Position numbers and translations under genes: made by a program. Positions 1-9,185 of a DNA stretch of 64,000 nucleotides are shown here, one piece after another (positions within the stretch are counted from its first letter, which is position 1; the number at the start of each line of letters is the position of its first letter). This stretch comes from Verrucomicrobiia bacterium (GTDB taxonomy: Bacteria > Verrucomicrobiota > Verrucomicrobiia > Limisphaerales > UBA11358): positions 3,917 to 67,916 of the forward strand of contig JBAVOO010000049.1 of the NCBI GenBank assembly GCA_049692125.1, given 5' to 3'. The notes below the pieces were generated by a model. It was given only the letters and a program-made list of their open reading frames with translations, made no database searches and was not told the DNA's origin.

Positions 1-352
1 CAGCCAGGCTGGAAATGTGAACGAGCCGTTGAATCCGCCCTGGTTGCTGATTGACCGCCGCGACGACATTCCGCGTGCCGATTTGATTGACCGTATAAAA
101 TTCTGAAACCTGCAGCGCCTTGACGCATCCGGCGCAGTGAATGACATGGGTAATGTCGAGCAAGGCGGTGCCGAGGCTTTGCGGGTCACTGAGGGAGCCA
201 TTGCGCACGTCGAGCTGCGGCAGGTGCGCATTAATGAAACGCTGGTTGCTGGCGGGCCGTAGCAGCACGGCCGTGGGGATGCCCTGCGCGCGAAGGCGGT
301 CCAAAACGTGGCTGCCGACAAATCCACTCGCGCCTGTAAGCAGAACCTTCAT
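1..352 (-). CDS. NAD-dependent epimerase/dehydratase-family (extended SDR) protein, N-terminal part; 3' end runs off the window
   Basis: Own minus-strand translation from ATG at 350-352 gives MKVLLTGASGFVGSHVLDRLRAQGIPTAVLLRPASN... It carries a GxxGxxG Rossmann motif. It is absent from the ORF track because the window edge cuts it. It lies 67 nt downstream of the alpha-oxoamine synthase on the same strand. Confidence 0.7.
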   Translation of the reverse strand, partial: MKVLLTGASGFVGSHVLDRLRAQGIPTAVLLRPASNQRFINAHLPQLDVRNGSLSDPQSLGTALLDITHVIHCAGCVKALQVSEFYTVNQIGTRNVVAAVNQQPGRIQRLVHISSLA

Positions 353-419
353 TGACTTGCCGCGGAAAAATTCTTCGCGTTGGACCGGAACCTGGTTCCG
401 GAGAACAGGCCGGCTCCGT

Positions 420-1724
420 TCACACCAGACCAAGCTCCCGGCCAACTTTGCCGAGTTTATCCAGCGCGAAATCAATCTGCTGGTCCGTATGCGTGGCCAT
501 GAGGCTGAGGCGAATCAACTCCTGGCCCGGCAACACTGCCGGCGATACCACCGGGTTGACGAACACGCCTTCCTCCTCCAGCCGCTTGCAGAGCTTGAAT
601 GCGACTATCAAATCCCGGCAGTAAACCGGAAGAATCGGCGTCTCGGAAGCGCCCAGGTCGAACCCCAGCGAAATCAGCCCTTGTTTCATGCGCTCGGTGT
701 TTCGCCAGAGCCGCCCGGTGCGCTCGGGTTCCGAGACCATGATCTCAACTGCGGCCATGGCGGCAGCCGTGTTGGCGGGGCTCATGCTGGCGCTGAAAAT
801 CTGCACCCGCGAGTTGTGCTTCAGATAATCAATGGTTGCAGCGTCGGAGGCGATGAACCCGCCCAGGCTCGCCAGCGATTTGCTGAACGTGCCCATGATG
901 AGCTGCACCTGGTCGGTCAGGCCGAAATGGCTGGCCGTGCCGGACCCATTCCGGCCAATCACACCGATGGCGTGGGCGTCGTCCACCATGACGGCCGCGC
1001 CGTACTGGTCGGCGAGACGACAAACTTCCGGCAGTTGAATGATGTCGCCCTCCATGCTGAACACGCCATCCACGACGATGAGTTTGCCTGCTTCCGGATC
1101 AATTTTCTGAAGGCGGTTTTCCAGCGCGGCCATGTCCTTGTGCGTGAACCGGACAAATTCGCCCGGGGAAAGCCGGCAACCCTCGACGATGCTTGCGTGA
1201 TCACTTTTATCGGCCAGAACATAATCGCCTTTTCCCACCAGCGCGCTGATGACGCCGAGATTGACCTGAAAACCGGTGCTGTAAAGCAACACCGCTTCCT
1301 TGTTCACCAGCCGGGCGAGCGCCTGTTCCAGTTCGATGTGGAGGTCGAGTGTGCCGTTCAGGAAACGCGAACCGGCGCAGCCGGTTCCGTATTTCTCGAC
1401 CGCATTTATGGCGGCTTCCTTGATTTTCGGATGATTGGTCAGGCCCAGATAACTGTTCGAGCCGAGCATCAGGACTTTTTTGCCGTTAATAATGACTTCG
1501 CTGTCCTGCGCCGAGGAAATGGTGCGGAAGTAAGGGTATAGCCCCAAGGCGCGAACCTGGGCGGCGCTCTTGTAATTCCTGACTTTGTCGAACAGGGCCA
1601 GCGGGAGTGGCCGGCTCTTTGCTCTCAGCGGCTTTTTTCGGTTGTTGACAGCCTCCGCGCGCGCCGGGCGCGACGCAGCGCATGTCAGAAGTTCACTATT
1701 CCTTCCGTGTTTAAGCGTTTGCAT
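420..1724 (-). CDS. PLP-dependent alpha-oxoamine synthase (serine palmitoyltransferase / 2-amino-3-ketobutyrate CoA ligase family)
   Basis: 434-aa ORF with family motifs [49 protein letters not shown] (PLP lysine), FSASMSPA and [11 protein letters not shown]. The first ~45 Arg/Ala-rich residues may over-extend the true start. Confidence 0.85.
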   Translation of the reverse strand: MQTLKHGRNSELLTCAASRPARAEAVNNRKKPLRAKSRPLPLALFDKVRNYKSAAQVRALGLYPYFRTISSAQDSEVIINGKKVLMLGSNSYLGLTNHPKIKEAAINAVEKYGTGCAGSRFLNGTLDLHIELEQALARLVNKEAVLLYSTGFQVNLGVISALVGKGDYVLADKSDHASIVEGCRLSPGEFVRFTHKDMAALENRLQKIDPEAGKLIVVDGVFSMEGDIIQLPEVCRLADQYGAAVMVDDAHAIGVIGRNGSGTASHFGLTDQVQLIMGTFSKSLASLGGFIASDAATIDYLKHNSRVQIFSASMSPANTAAAMAAVEIMVSEPERTGRLWRNTERMKQGLISLGFDLGASETPILPVYCRDLIVAFKLCKRLEEEGVFVNPVVSPAVLPGQELIRLSLMATHTDQQIDFALDKLGKVGRELGLV

Positions 1725-1914
1725 CTTCTACTGGCAAACCATGCTGCCAAATCTGCATTCCGAATCCAAGTTAAATTGTTGGCCGGCCATTTTCAACTCT
1801 TGCAGCAACTATTTTGAACAATGTCGTTTGCAAAACATTTTTACAAGGTCGCGATTTGCGGACCATCCGGGAAATCGCGATGCCGGCAAACAGCCAGGCT
1901 GGTGGTTGAAGAGA

Positions 1915-2027
1915 AGTCCGAACTCCGAAATCCGAGGTCTGAAAGAAATTCGAAGCTCGAAATTCCAGGGGTGGACCCCCCGGCGCAGGGCGTGGCTCGT
2001 TCGGGTTTCGCCCCTCGGCCTTCGGAT
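1915..2027. repeat. Copy 1 of the CCGAAATCC / GGATTTCGG palindromic intergenic repeat family
   Basis: The left arm is ...TCCGAACTCCGAAATCCGAGG...CGAAGCTCGAAATTCC. The right arm is ...GTTCGGGTTTCGCCCCTCGGCCTTCGGATGG. The arms are partly complementary. It lies between ribH and the AOS gene. Confidence 0.5.
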
Positions 2028-2051
2028 GGGGTCCCGTCCACCGCCAGCTTT

Positions 2052-2522
2052 TCAGCCGCGCAATTTTTCCATCACGTGCGCCATCGCCATCGCCGCTTGC
2101 GCCGCTTCCGTGCCGCGATTGTGCTTGGGATTCAGACAGCGCGCGCGCGCCTGCTCGACGTTTTCCAGCAGCAGCACCTCGTGAATGACGGGAATTTCGT
2201 GCGCGAGCTGGATTTGCATCAATGCGTGATTCACGGCTTCGCCGATGTGCGCGGCGTGAACCGTCTGGCCGCGCAAAATCACGCCGAGACAGATGATGGC
2301 GGACAAACCGGGTGCAGTCCGCGCCAGCCGTTTGGCCACGACGGGAATTTCATACGCGCCCGGGACGCGGACGATTTGGATTCTTGATACATCGGCGCGC
2401 CACAACTCCGCCTTGGCGGCCCGCAACATCGCGTCCACGTAGCGCGCGTTGTAGCGCGACGCGACAATGGCGAACGAGCCGCCGCGGGACTGATTTTTTT
2501 TTGGCTGAATCTTGCGAAGCAT
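2052..2522 (-). CDS. ribH: 6,7-dimethyl-8-ribityllumazine synthase
   Basis: 156 aa. Motifs: FAIVASRYNARYVDAML, VRVPGAYEIPVVA, ICLGVILRGQTVHA. Confidence 0.9.
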   Translation of the reverse strand: MLRKIQPKKNQSRGGSFAIVASRYNARYVDAMLRAAKAELWRADVSRIQIVRVPGAYEIPVVAKRLARTAPGLSAIICLGVILRGQTVHAAHIGEAVNHALMQIQLAHEIPVIHEVLLLENVEQARARCLNPKHNRGTEAAQAAMAMAHVMEKLRG

Positions 2523-2598
2523 CGCGGGGAATTAAACCACGAAGGGGCGCGGGTGAACACAAAGAATTTTGCCTTCCGGAAAATCCGCGCCGCCCGTG

Positions 2599-3189
2599 TC
2601 ACTTTGGCGTGCCTGCCGCCGACGGCGGATTGCCGCTCATGGCTGCTCGCGCGGCTTTTATCTGGTCGGCGGAAACCGCGCCGTTTTTGTTGCCCCACGA
2701 TTCGCGGATGTAGGTCAACACGGCGGAAAGATCGGCATCCGACAACGACGCGCCCATCGCTGCCATGGACAGGTTCCAATCGCGACCTTTGACCTGAATC
2801 GGGCCGTTGAGACCGGTCAGCGGGATGTGTGCCAGCGACGTGATGTCCTTGGCGACCCATTCGGAGCCGGCCAGCGGCGGCGCCTGGGCGGGTTTGCCGA
2901 GACCGTCGCTGCCGTGGCACAGGCCGCAATAAGTTTCATAGACCGCCTTGCCATGCGTCAGCATCGAAGCTGCGCCGGATTTGGGCTGGTACGATGCCAC
3001 TTCGCCGGCGGACGTATAAGGCGCATAAACCTGCTTGTCGAACCAGCCGCCGTGATGGTCGAAATACACCGCGCCAAGAAACAACAGCAGAAGCGTCAGT
3101 ACGATGATCCAGATTGGCATCGGCGAGCGCGCCGCCGTCGGTTCGGCCTCCGGCGTTTGGGAATCGCTGATTTTTAATTCGTTATTCAT
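2599..3189 (-). CDS. Membrane-anchored monohaem c-type cytochrome (class I)
   Basis: 196 aa with an N-terminal TM helix (PIWIIVLTLLLLFLGAVYF) and a single CGLCH haem-binding motif. An LTYIRESWGN-type C-terminal region is present. Confidence 0.75.
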   Translation of the reverse strand: MNNELKISDSQTPEAEPTAARSPMPIWIIVLTLLLLFLGAVYFDHHGGWFDKQVYAPYTSAGEVASYQPKSGAASMLTHGKAVYETYCGLCHGSDGLGKPAQAPPLAGSEWVAKDITSLAHIPLTGLNGPIQVKGRDWNLSMAAMGASLSDADLSAVLTYIRESWGNKNGAVSADQIKAARAAMSGNPPSAAGTPK

Positions 3190-3275
3190 TGGTCAACAAC
3201 TGTGGGATTATGGCCGGGTGTCGCTGTGGGCGCGAGTTGATCTGATTGTGCCGGATTTCAATCCGATGCACGAAT

Positions 3276-3509
3276 TTAACGACATTGTTCCAAAAGCCGG
3301 AAATAATCGTCGCGGGGAATTCCGGCGGTTTTGAGGTTGTTGCGAATGATGAAAACAGGCACTTCGCGGTAAGTCGGAATCACGACCGGACGCACGACGC
3401 CCGGCTTGATGTAGGAACGATGGCTGCCTTCCTGTCGCGCAAACTGAAAACCAGCCGCCAGAAAAACGCGCTCCAGGGTTTTCCAGCCAACTGGCGTGAA
3501 TTTGGGCAT
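3276..3509 (-). CDS. hicA: HicA-family toxin (YcfA-like mRNA interferase)
   Basis: 77 aa: MPKFTPVGWKTLERVFLAAGFQFARQEGSHRSYIKPG...VVIP. This is the typical HicA size and GSH motif. It starts 7 nt after the hicB-like ORF. Confidence 0.75.
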   Translation of the reverse strand: MPKFTPVGWKTLERVFLAAGFQFARQEGSHRSYIKPGVVRPVVIPTYREVPVFIIRNNLKTAGIPRDDYFRLLEQCR

Positions 3510-3515
3510 GGTCGC

Positions 3516-3785
3516 TCAAGCCGCCACCGGCGCGGAATGCCGTTCAAAGCAGACCCAGTCGGGACAGCGCCACTGCGCGCCATCGTGTTCGTACCCGGCG
3601 TCTTCCAAAACTTCGGTCAAGGTGCCGTGTTCATCCGCTGTTTTGATGAAAAGTCGCACGGCTTCGTCCAGCGCGGCGCGGGCGGCTTGCGGTGTGGGGC
3701 CGGAACTGGCCACGTCCAGCGGCATTGCATGGGCGATGAACTGTCCGCCCTCGCGCCAGATTTGGACCGTATAATCAATTTCCAT
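3516..3785 (-). CDS. hicB: HicB-family antitoxin (UPF0150-like)
   Basis: 89 aa: YTVQIWREGGQFIAHAMPLDVASSGPTPQAARAALDEAVRLFI. This is the HicB N-terminal fold pattern. It is paired with hicA. Confidence 0.65.
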   Translation of the reverse strand: MEIDYTVQIWREGGQFIAHAMPLDVASSGPTPQAARAALDEAVRLFIKTADEHGTLTEVLEDAGYEHDGAQWRCPDWVCFERHSAPVAA

Positions 3786-3863
3786 AACGCTACCAACTTA
3801 CGCGCTTGTCCCGGCGGATGCCAGCCGTTTTTCAACGTTGCCGCTGAAGACCGCCGTCGGCAG

Positions 3864-5252
3864 CTAAAAACCCGGATTTTCTTCCTTGGGCTTCAAGCTG
3901 AAGAGATAAGCGACCAGGTCGTCCAGCTCGGAATCCTTGATGATGCCGGCCCAGGCAGCCATGAAAAGCGGGGGCGGCGGACGTTTCGCATCGAGTGACG
4001 GGATTTCGCGCTGGCCTTTGAGGATGCGCATTTTCAGTTCGTCCTTGGTATAGCCGTCGGCCACGTAGATCAAGCCGGGCACCTGCTCGGCGGTCTTGGC
4101 GTTGGGATTGGGCACGCCGCCTTTGGCGTCGGCGCCGTGACAACCGGCACAACCATATTTGCGGAAGACTTCCCGTCCGCGCTCCACCGGGCTCATCAGC
4201 GATGGAAGGCTTAACGCCACTTTCTGATCACGCAAGTGTACAAGAAAATCCGTCAGCGCGAGGGCTTCGGTCTCGGTAAAACCAAACCGCGGCATGACCG
4301 TGCCCGAACTGACGGTCTGCGGATCACGGAAGTGCTGCATCATCCACTCGGGCGGGCGCCGCAGGCCGACGTCGTCCAGCGCCGGGCCGATCTTCCCGCC
4401 CTGGTCGCCGATGGAGTGGCAACCGATGCAGCCTTTCTGCTGGAACAATCGCTGTCCTTCACTGGCGCTGGGGATGACTCGCATGGAGGCGTAGTAGCCG
4501 GGCGCCGACTCGCCGGTCTGGCTGAGCATGAAAAGGATGATCGCCTCGAGGTTGGTCTCGGAAAATTTTTGCGGCGGCATGGCGGAGCTGGGCGTGACCG
4601 ATGCGGGCGCGAGGAAATGTTTCTTCAGCCATTCCGGCGAACGGCGGGCGCCGACCCGGTCGAGTTCCGGCCCGAGGACGCCACCCGCGCCGCCGAGTTT
4701 GTGGCAGCCGCGGCAGCCGCTGTCCTCGAACACCTGCTGACCGCGCGCCAGTTCGGGCGCGGCCGGATTGTCGGCGGCCTCGTGGCATTGACCACAGGAG
4801 GCCTGGATGTATTGCAGCGGCAACATCGGCTGGTCCCAGTGCGGCACGTTGCCGTGCGCATCGGCAACGGTCGTGGCCCGGCCTTGCCCGCGATGGCAGA
4901 TGGTGCAGCCGAATCGCTCGAATGGGTGTTGTTCATGCAACGGATGATAGGCGAGCGGTTGCGGATAGCCGCCGTAACTCGGATCTTCCACCGCGAGATG
5001 GCACGTGGTGCAGCGGTCCACCCGGTTGAGGTCGGGCAGGAGGATCTGCCGGATTTGCACCGGTGTTTGTTCAGCCAGCGCCCGCTGTTGCGGCGTCGCG
5101 GCCCGGCGGATTTCCTCCGCGATGAATTTGCGCTGATAATTTTTCCACTCGCGGTACTCGTCCCGGTAATAACCGATGACGACCAGAACGCCGACCAGGA
5201 AACCGAGCACGGTGAACCAGGCGTAGAATTTGCGGACGGAGAGGTCGTTCAT
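3864..5252 (-). CDS. Membrane-anchored hexahaem c-type cytochrome
   Basis: 462 aa with an N-terminal TM helix. Six CxxCH motifs are present: CTTCH, CTICH, CGQCH, CRGCH, CIGCH, CAGCH. Its start lies 1 nt after the cyt b stop. Confidence 0.85.
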   Translation of the reverse strand: MNDLSVRKFYAWFTVLGFLVGVLVVIGYYRDEYREWKNYQRKFIAEEIRRAATPQQRALAEQTPVQIRQILLPDLNRVDRCTTCHLAVEDPSYGGYPQPLAYHPLHEQHPFERFGCTICHRGQGRATTVADAHGNVPHWDQPMLPLQYIQASCGQCHEAADNPAAPELARGQQVFEDSGCRGCHKLGGAGGVLGPELDRVGARRSPEWLKKHFLAPASVTPSSAMPPQKFSETNLEAIILFMLSQTGESAPGYYASMRVIPSASEGQRLFQQKGCIGCHSIGDQGGKIGPALDDVGLRRPPEWMMQHFRDPQTVSSGTVMPRFGFTETEALALTDFLVHLRDQKVALSLPSLMSPVERGREVFRKYGCAGCHGADAKGGVPNPNAKTAEQVPGLIYVADGYTKDELKMRILKGQREIPSLDAKRPPPPLFMAAWAGIIKDSELDDLVAYLFSLKPKEENPGF

Positions 5253-5253
5253 T

Positions 5254-6540
5254 TCAATGGCCCTCCGTGACTGGCGGGGGTTGCTCCCAAGGCACCACCC
5301 AGCCCCAGTTCGGGCCGCGGAACAGGGTGCCGATGATTGTCAGCACGATGGCCGTCACCAGGCAGACGGTGAAAATCGTGTTGGCGACCACGCGTTCGCG
5401 GGCAAACCAGCGGCCGACGCCTTTGCGCTGGCGATCCATGTAAGGCAACAGCATCAGCGCCGTCACGAGCAACCCGGGTACCACCACACCGCCCCAGAAC
5501 GCCGAGTAGCTGACCAGTTCCTGCAAACCGAGGAAATACCACGGCGCTTTCGCTGGATTCGGCGGATGAATCGGGTTGGCAAGTTCTTCCAGCGGCGCGT
5601 TCCAGAAAATCGACAGGAACAACACCACCGCCGTTACCAGGAGGAACAGCAACAGCTCGCGGAAAACCAAGTGCGGCCAGGAAAATACCTCATCTTCCGG
5701 ATTCTTGCCGACCTGCGGCGTCGTACCGCGCGCGAGTTCCATCAGGCCGTAAGTCTTGTTCGTCGGCAATTGCTTGAGTTCGACCTGCTGGACGATGTCG
5801 CCCGGTTCGTCGGGACGCGACAACCCGCCGTCCTTGCGCACGCGCCACAAATGGACGGCCACCATCAACAGCGCCACCGCCGGCAGCACGATCACATGCA
5901 GCGCGTAAAATCGCGTCAGCGCCTCCTGCCCGACCACATTTCCGCCGAGCATCAGATATTTCAACTTGAGGCCGATAACCGGCGCGTAACCGGCGATGTT
6001 CGTGCCAACGGTGATTGCCCAGAACGCGAGCTGGTCCCAAGGCAGCAGATAGCCGGTGAAGCTCAACCCCAAGGTCAGCAGAAACAGTCCAACGCCGATC
6101 ACCCAGTTGAATTCGCGCGGGCGTTTGTAGGCGCCGGTGTAAAACACGCGGCACATGTGCAGCAGCACGAACAACACCATCAGGTGCGCCGCCCAGCGGT
6201 GCATGTTGCGGATAACCAGGCCGGCGGAGACGACATACTGCAAATCCTTCATGATGTCGTACGCCTTCTCGGTGCTGGGCACGTAATAGAACATGAGCAA
6301 CACGCCGGTGACGATCAGGATCAGGAACAGGTAAAGCGAAATCAGGCCCAGCCCGAGCGAGTAGGAGGCGCGCAGCGAATGGCGGTTGACCTTCGCCGGC
6401 TGCACGTGCAGCAGAAAGCTGGAGACCATCACCTGTGACCGCTCCAGGTTGCTCTCCGGCAGTCCGACCCGAAAGATCGAGCGGCCGACACGCGTGCGCG
6501 TGAACCACTGCCAGATTCGTTTGGGTAGAGGTGCTTTCAC
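5254..6540 (-). CDS. Cytochrome b (fused b6 / subunit IV-like) of a Rieske/cyt b complex
   Basis: Polytopic membrane protein with conserved His pairs ([16 protein letters not shown]; YALHVIVLP...VHLW). I place the start at GTG 6540, which overlaps the Rieske stop as GTGA. The track ORF to 6624 would overlap the Rieske gene by 88 nt. Confidence 0.85.
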   Translation of the reverse strand: MKAPLPKRIWQWFTRTRVGRSIFRVGLPESNLERSQVMVSSFLLHVQPAKVNRHSLRASYSLGLGLISLYLFLILIVTGVLLMFYYVPSTEKAYDIMKDLQYVVSAGLVIRNMHRWAAHLMVLFVLLHMCRVFYTGAYKRPREFNWVIGVGLFLLTLGLSFTGYLLPWDQLAFWAITVGTNIAGYAPVIGLKLKYLMLGGNVVGQEALTRFYALHVIVLPAVALLMVAVHLWRVRKDGGLSRPDEPGDIVQQVELKQLPTNKTYGLMELARGTTPQVGKNPEDEVFSWPHLVFRELLLFLLVTAVVLFLSIFWNAPLEELANPIHPPNPAKAPWYFLGLQELVSYSAFWGGVVVPGLLVTALMLLPYMDRQRKGVGRWFARERVVANTIFTVCLVTAIVLTIIGTLFRGPNWGWVVPWEQPPPVTEGH

Positions 6541-7007
6541 AAGACGAGGTATTTGTCCGCAGCCACGCGCTGGTTTTTGTCCACCAACAGCCGGTTGTCC
6601 TTGCTCAACGTTATTTGAAACCATTCCAGCCCGCGCGGGGCAGGGCCGCTGACGACATTGCCCTGGTCGTTAAACACGCTGCCGTGGCACGGGCAATGGT
6701 AGCCATGGTCGGCGCGGTTGACCGTGCAGCCGAGGTGTGTGCAGATCGCCGACAGACAGCGGAACGTGTTGCCCTGGCGCACGAGGAAGACCCGCTCAGC
6801 TTCCATGAATGTCACGGAACCGTCGGGGTAATCGTCGGGTTTGCCAGCCTTGAAGCGCAAGCTCGGTTCGTAGAGCACGTTCGGCACGAGAAAGCGCACG
6901 GCTCCCGCCGCCGCCGCCGTCACCGCGAAGGTGCTGGCGAGCCAACCCAGCGTGAGCTGGAAGAAATTGCGCCGGGAAACGTCCTGGTTGGAAGAGGAAT
7001 GATTCAT
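6537..7007 (-). CDS. Rieske [2Fe-2S] protein
   Basis: 156 aa with a Tat-like SRRNFF signal. The Rieske boxes are CTHLGC and CPCHGS. Confidence 0.9.
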   Translation of the reverse strand: MNHSSSNQDVSRRNFFQLTLGWLASTFAVTAAAAGAVRFLVPNVLYEPSLRFKAGKPDDYPDGSVTFMEAERVFLVRQGNTFRCLSAICTHLGCTVNRADHGYHCPCHGSVFNDQGNVVSGPAPRGLEWFQITLSKDNRLLVDKNQRVAADKYLVL

Positions 7008-7242
7008 GCTGAAATCCGAAATCCGAAATCCGAAATCCGACCCGCTGCGGCGGCGCGACAGCGCGGCGAGAGGAAGCCCGAAGCTCGAAATCCGAAACCT
7101 GCCGCTCCCGGAGCGCAGCCTTCAGGCTGCTTTAGCGTCCGAAGGTCAACGGCGCTTGAAGTGTGCTGAAGCCTGCGCTCCGCTGTTCGGGCTTCGGTTT
7201 TCGGATTTCTTTCGGATTTCGACATTCGGATTTCGGTTTTCG
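7008..7242. repeat. Copy 2 (largest) of the GAAATCC-heptamer palindromic repeat family
   Basis: The left arm has four tandem GAAATCC heptamers (7010-7037) plus GAAGCTCGAAATCCGAAACC. The right arm carries the complement (TTCGGTTTTCGGATTTCTTTCGGATTTCGACATTCGGATTTCGG). The core holds an inner inverted repeat GGAGCGCAGCCTTCAGGC / GCTGAAGCCTGCGCTCC. Confidence 0.6.
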
Positions 7243-7244
7243 CC

Positions 7245-9167
7245 TCAGGCGGGCATCAGTTCCACGCGTTCCATGGTGATCGCGCCGGTGGGACAGCGGG
7301 CGGCGCACAGACCGCAGCGGATGCAACGGGTTTCGTCCTTGATGATTGCACCCTGCTCGCCGCGTTCGGGCACGCGCCCGTAACGCGCGAGGAATGCGCC
7401 CTGCAGTTTTTCGTCGCCGCGCAGGTTGGCGGCATCCACCAGCCGCAGGCAGTATTCCGGGCAGACATCGGCGCAACCGCCGCAGAGGATGCACTCGTCG
7501 CCGTTGAACACCGGACCGACGTGACACTTCAAGCAGCGATCGGCCTGTAGCCGCGCGTCAGGTTCCGGATAATTTTTTTCCACCTCGGCGATCCCGATGC
7601 GCCGGTCCAGCGGCAGCGTCGGCGGCGGACGGCGGACAAACTTTTCGTAATCGGGCTTCATCCGATACTGGAGCGTGTTGTAAATCGTCACGCGCGCCTG
7701 GCGCGGCTCGGCGGGCACGCGGCCCGTGAGGAATTTGGCGATGGAATTCGCCGCCTTCTTGCCTTCGGCAACCGCGGTAATGATGATTCGCGGCCCGAAT
7801 GCCACGTCACCACCCGCGAACACGTCGGGACGCGACGTGGCCATCGTCACCGGATCGGTTTGCAACGCTCCGCGCGGCGTCACCTTCAAATTGTCCTCGG
7901 GACGAATCCAGGCGAGGTCCGCCGACTGGCCGATGGCGAGAACGACGGTGTCGCAATCCACAATCTCTTCGCTGCCTTCGATGAACTGCGGATTGAACCG
8001 GCGGTTTTCGTCGAAGACCCGGCCGGCCTTGATCAGTTCGATGCCCGAGACTTTGCCATCGCTGCCGACGATGCGTTTGGGGCCGAAGCGCGTGTGGAGC
8101 CGGATGCCTTCCTTTTCCGCCTCCTTGATCTCCTCGCGCGCTGCCGGGATTTCGTCGAGGCTTTCCAAGCAATACATGTGAACGTCGGGCACGCCTTTGC
8201 GGATGGCTTCCCGCGCCACGTCCAAAGCGAGGCGCACCTCGTCGGGCGCTTCCGGTTCGCGCGCGGTCAATTGTTCCAGCGCAGACGCGGCCTGGTGCAG
8301 CGCCTCACGCAATTCCGCCTCGCTCATCCCCGCAAACTTCTCCGTCTGGCGGACGACCGAGCGCGCCACGTCGAAAGCGACGTTGCCACCGCCGATGACG
8401 ACCACTTTGCGGCCGAGGGTCACACGATAACCGAGATTGACGTTCAGCAGGAAATCAATCGCCCGCAACACGCCGTCGAGTTGCACGCCCTCGATGGACA
8501 GCTCGCGGCTTTTATGCGCGCCGATGCCGAGGAACACGGCTTCAAAGCCTTGTTTTTTGAGATCAGCAAAAGCGAAGTCCTTGCCCAGCCGGGTGTTCAG
8601 TCGAATTTCAACCCCGAGCGACTCGATGGCCGCGATTTCCGCCCGGATGATCTCGCGCGGCAGCCGGTATTCGGGCACGCCGAGCACCAGCATCCCACCC
8701 GCCAGATTGTGCGCCTCGAACACCGTCGGAGCGAATCCCATCAATGCCAGTTCGTGCGCGCAGGACAGACCCGCCGGACCAGCCCCAACGATGGCCACTT
8801 TGCGTCCGCCGCCGATGCGTTCGCGGCGCGGATCGCGCAGTTCGGGATAGACGCGGCCGAGGTCGAAGTGGTCCGACTCGACGCCGAACTTTTCACAGAC
8901 GAACCGTTTCAACGCGCGGATTGACACGGAGGCATCGAGCGCGCCGCGCCGGCATTTCGCCTCACAAGGGGCGGCGCAGACGCGACCGCAGATGGAGGCA
9001 AAAGGATTGGGCGTGCGGGCGATGACGTAGGCGTCCTCGTAACGTCCCTCGGCGATGGCTTGCACGTAGCCGCCGGAATCCGTCCGCACCGGACAACCTT
9101 CGCGGCAGAGGACCTGCCGGGTGAAATAATTCACATCCGGCAGTTCGACTGGATAGGTCGTGGGCAT
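7245..9167 (-). CDS. GltD-like NAD(P)H-dependent FAD oxidoreductase with C-terminal 2x[4Fe-4S] ferredoxin domain
   Basis: 640 aa with an N-terminal Cys cluster (CGRVCAAPCEAKC). Dinucleotide folds are VAIVGAGPAGL and VVVIGGGNVAFD. The C-terminus has CILCGGCADVCP and CIRCGLCAARCP. Confidence 0.85.
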   Translation of the reverse strand: MPTTYPVELPDVNYFTRQVLCREGCPVRTDSGGYVQAIAEGRYEDAYVIARTPNPFASICGRVCAAPCEAKCRRGALDASVSIRALKRFVCEKFGVESDHFDLGRVYPELRDPRRERIGGGRKVAIVGAGPAGLSCAHELALMGFAPTVFEAHNLAGGMLVLGVPEYRLPREIIRAEIAAIESLGVEIRLNTRLGKDFAFADLKKQGFEAVFLGIGAHKSRELSIEGVQLDGVLRAIDFLLNVNLGYRVTLGRKVVVIGGGNVAFDVARSVVRQTEKFAGMSEAELREALHQAASALEQLTAREPEAPDEVRLALDVAREAIRKGVPDVHMYCLESLDEIPAAREEIKEAEKEGIRLHTRFGPKRIVGSDGKVSGIELIKAGRVFDENRRFNPQFIEGSEEIVDCDTVVLAIGQSADLAWIRPEDNLKVTPRGALQTDPVTMATSRPDVFAGGDVAFGPRIIITAVAEGKKAANSIAKFLTGRVPAEPRQARVTIYNTLQYRMKPDYEKFVRRPPPTLPLDRRIGIAEVEKNYPEPDARLQADRCLKCHVGPVFNGDECILCGGCADVCPEYCLRLVDAANLRGDEKLQGAFLARYGRVPERGEQGAIIKDETRCIRCGLCAARCPTGAITMERVELMPA

Positions 9168-9185
9168 TCCAGTTCGGTCGGCGGA

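Noticed and set aside
141-1541. 466-aa plus-strand ORF
   Set aside because: It is antisense to the alpha-oxoamine synthase, which has strong family motifs. The plus-strand product is Arg/Ala/Gly-rich low-complexity sequence typical of mirror ORFs in GC-rich DNA.
4236-6438. Plus-strand ORFs of 344 and 402 aa (4236-5270 and 5230-6438)
   Set aside because: They are antisense to the hexahaem cytochrome and cytochrome b genes. They have no motifs and an extreme Arg/His/Gln composition.
6541-6624. Upstream ATG start for cytochrome b
   Set aside because: It would overlap the Rieske gene by 88 nt. GTG at 6540 gives a GTGA stop/start overlap and a conventional N-terminus.
7010-7037. Tandem GAAATCC heptamers as a possible CRISPR array or microsatellite
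   Set aside because: The period is 7 nt with no spacers, so it is not a CRISPR array. It is best explained as one arm of the palindromic repeat family.
7860-8924. 354-aa plus-strand ORF
   Set aside because: It is antisense to the GltD-like oxidoreductase, whose Rossmann and Fe-S motifs are clear.
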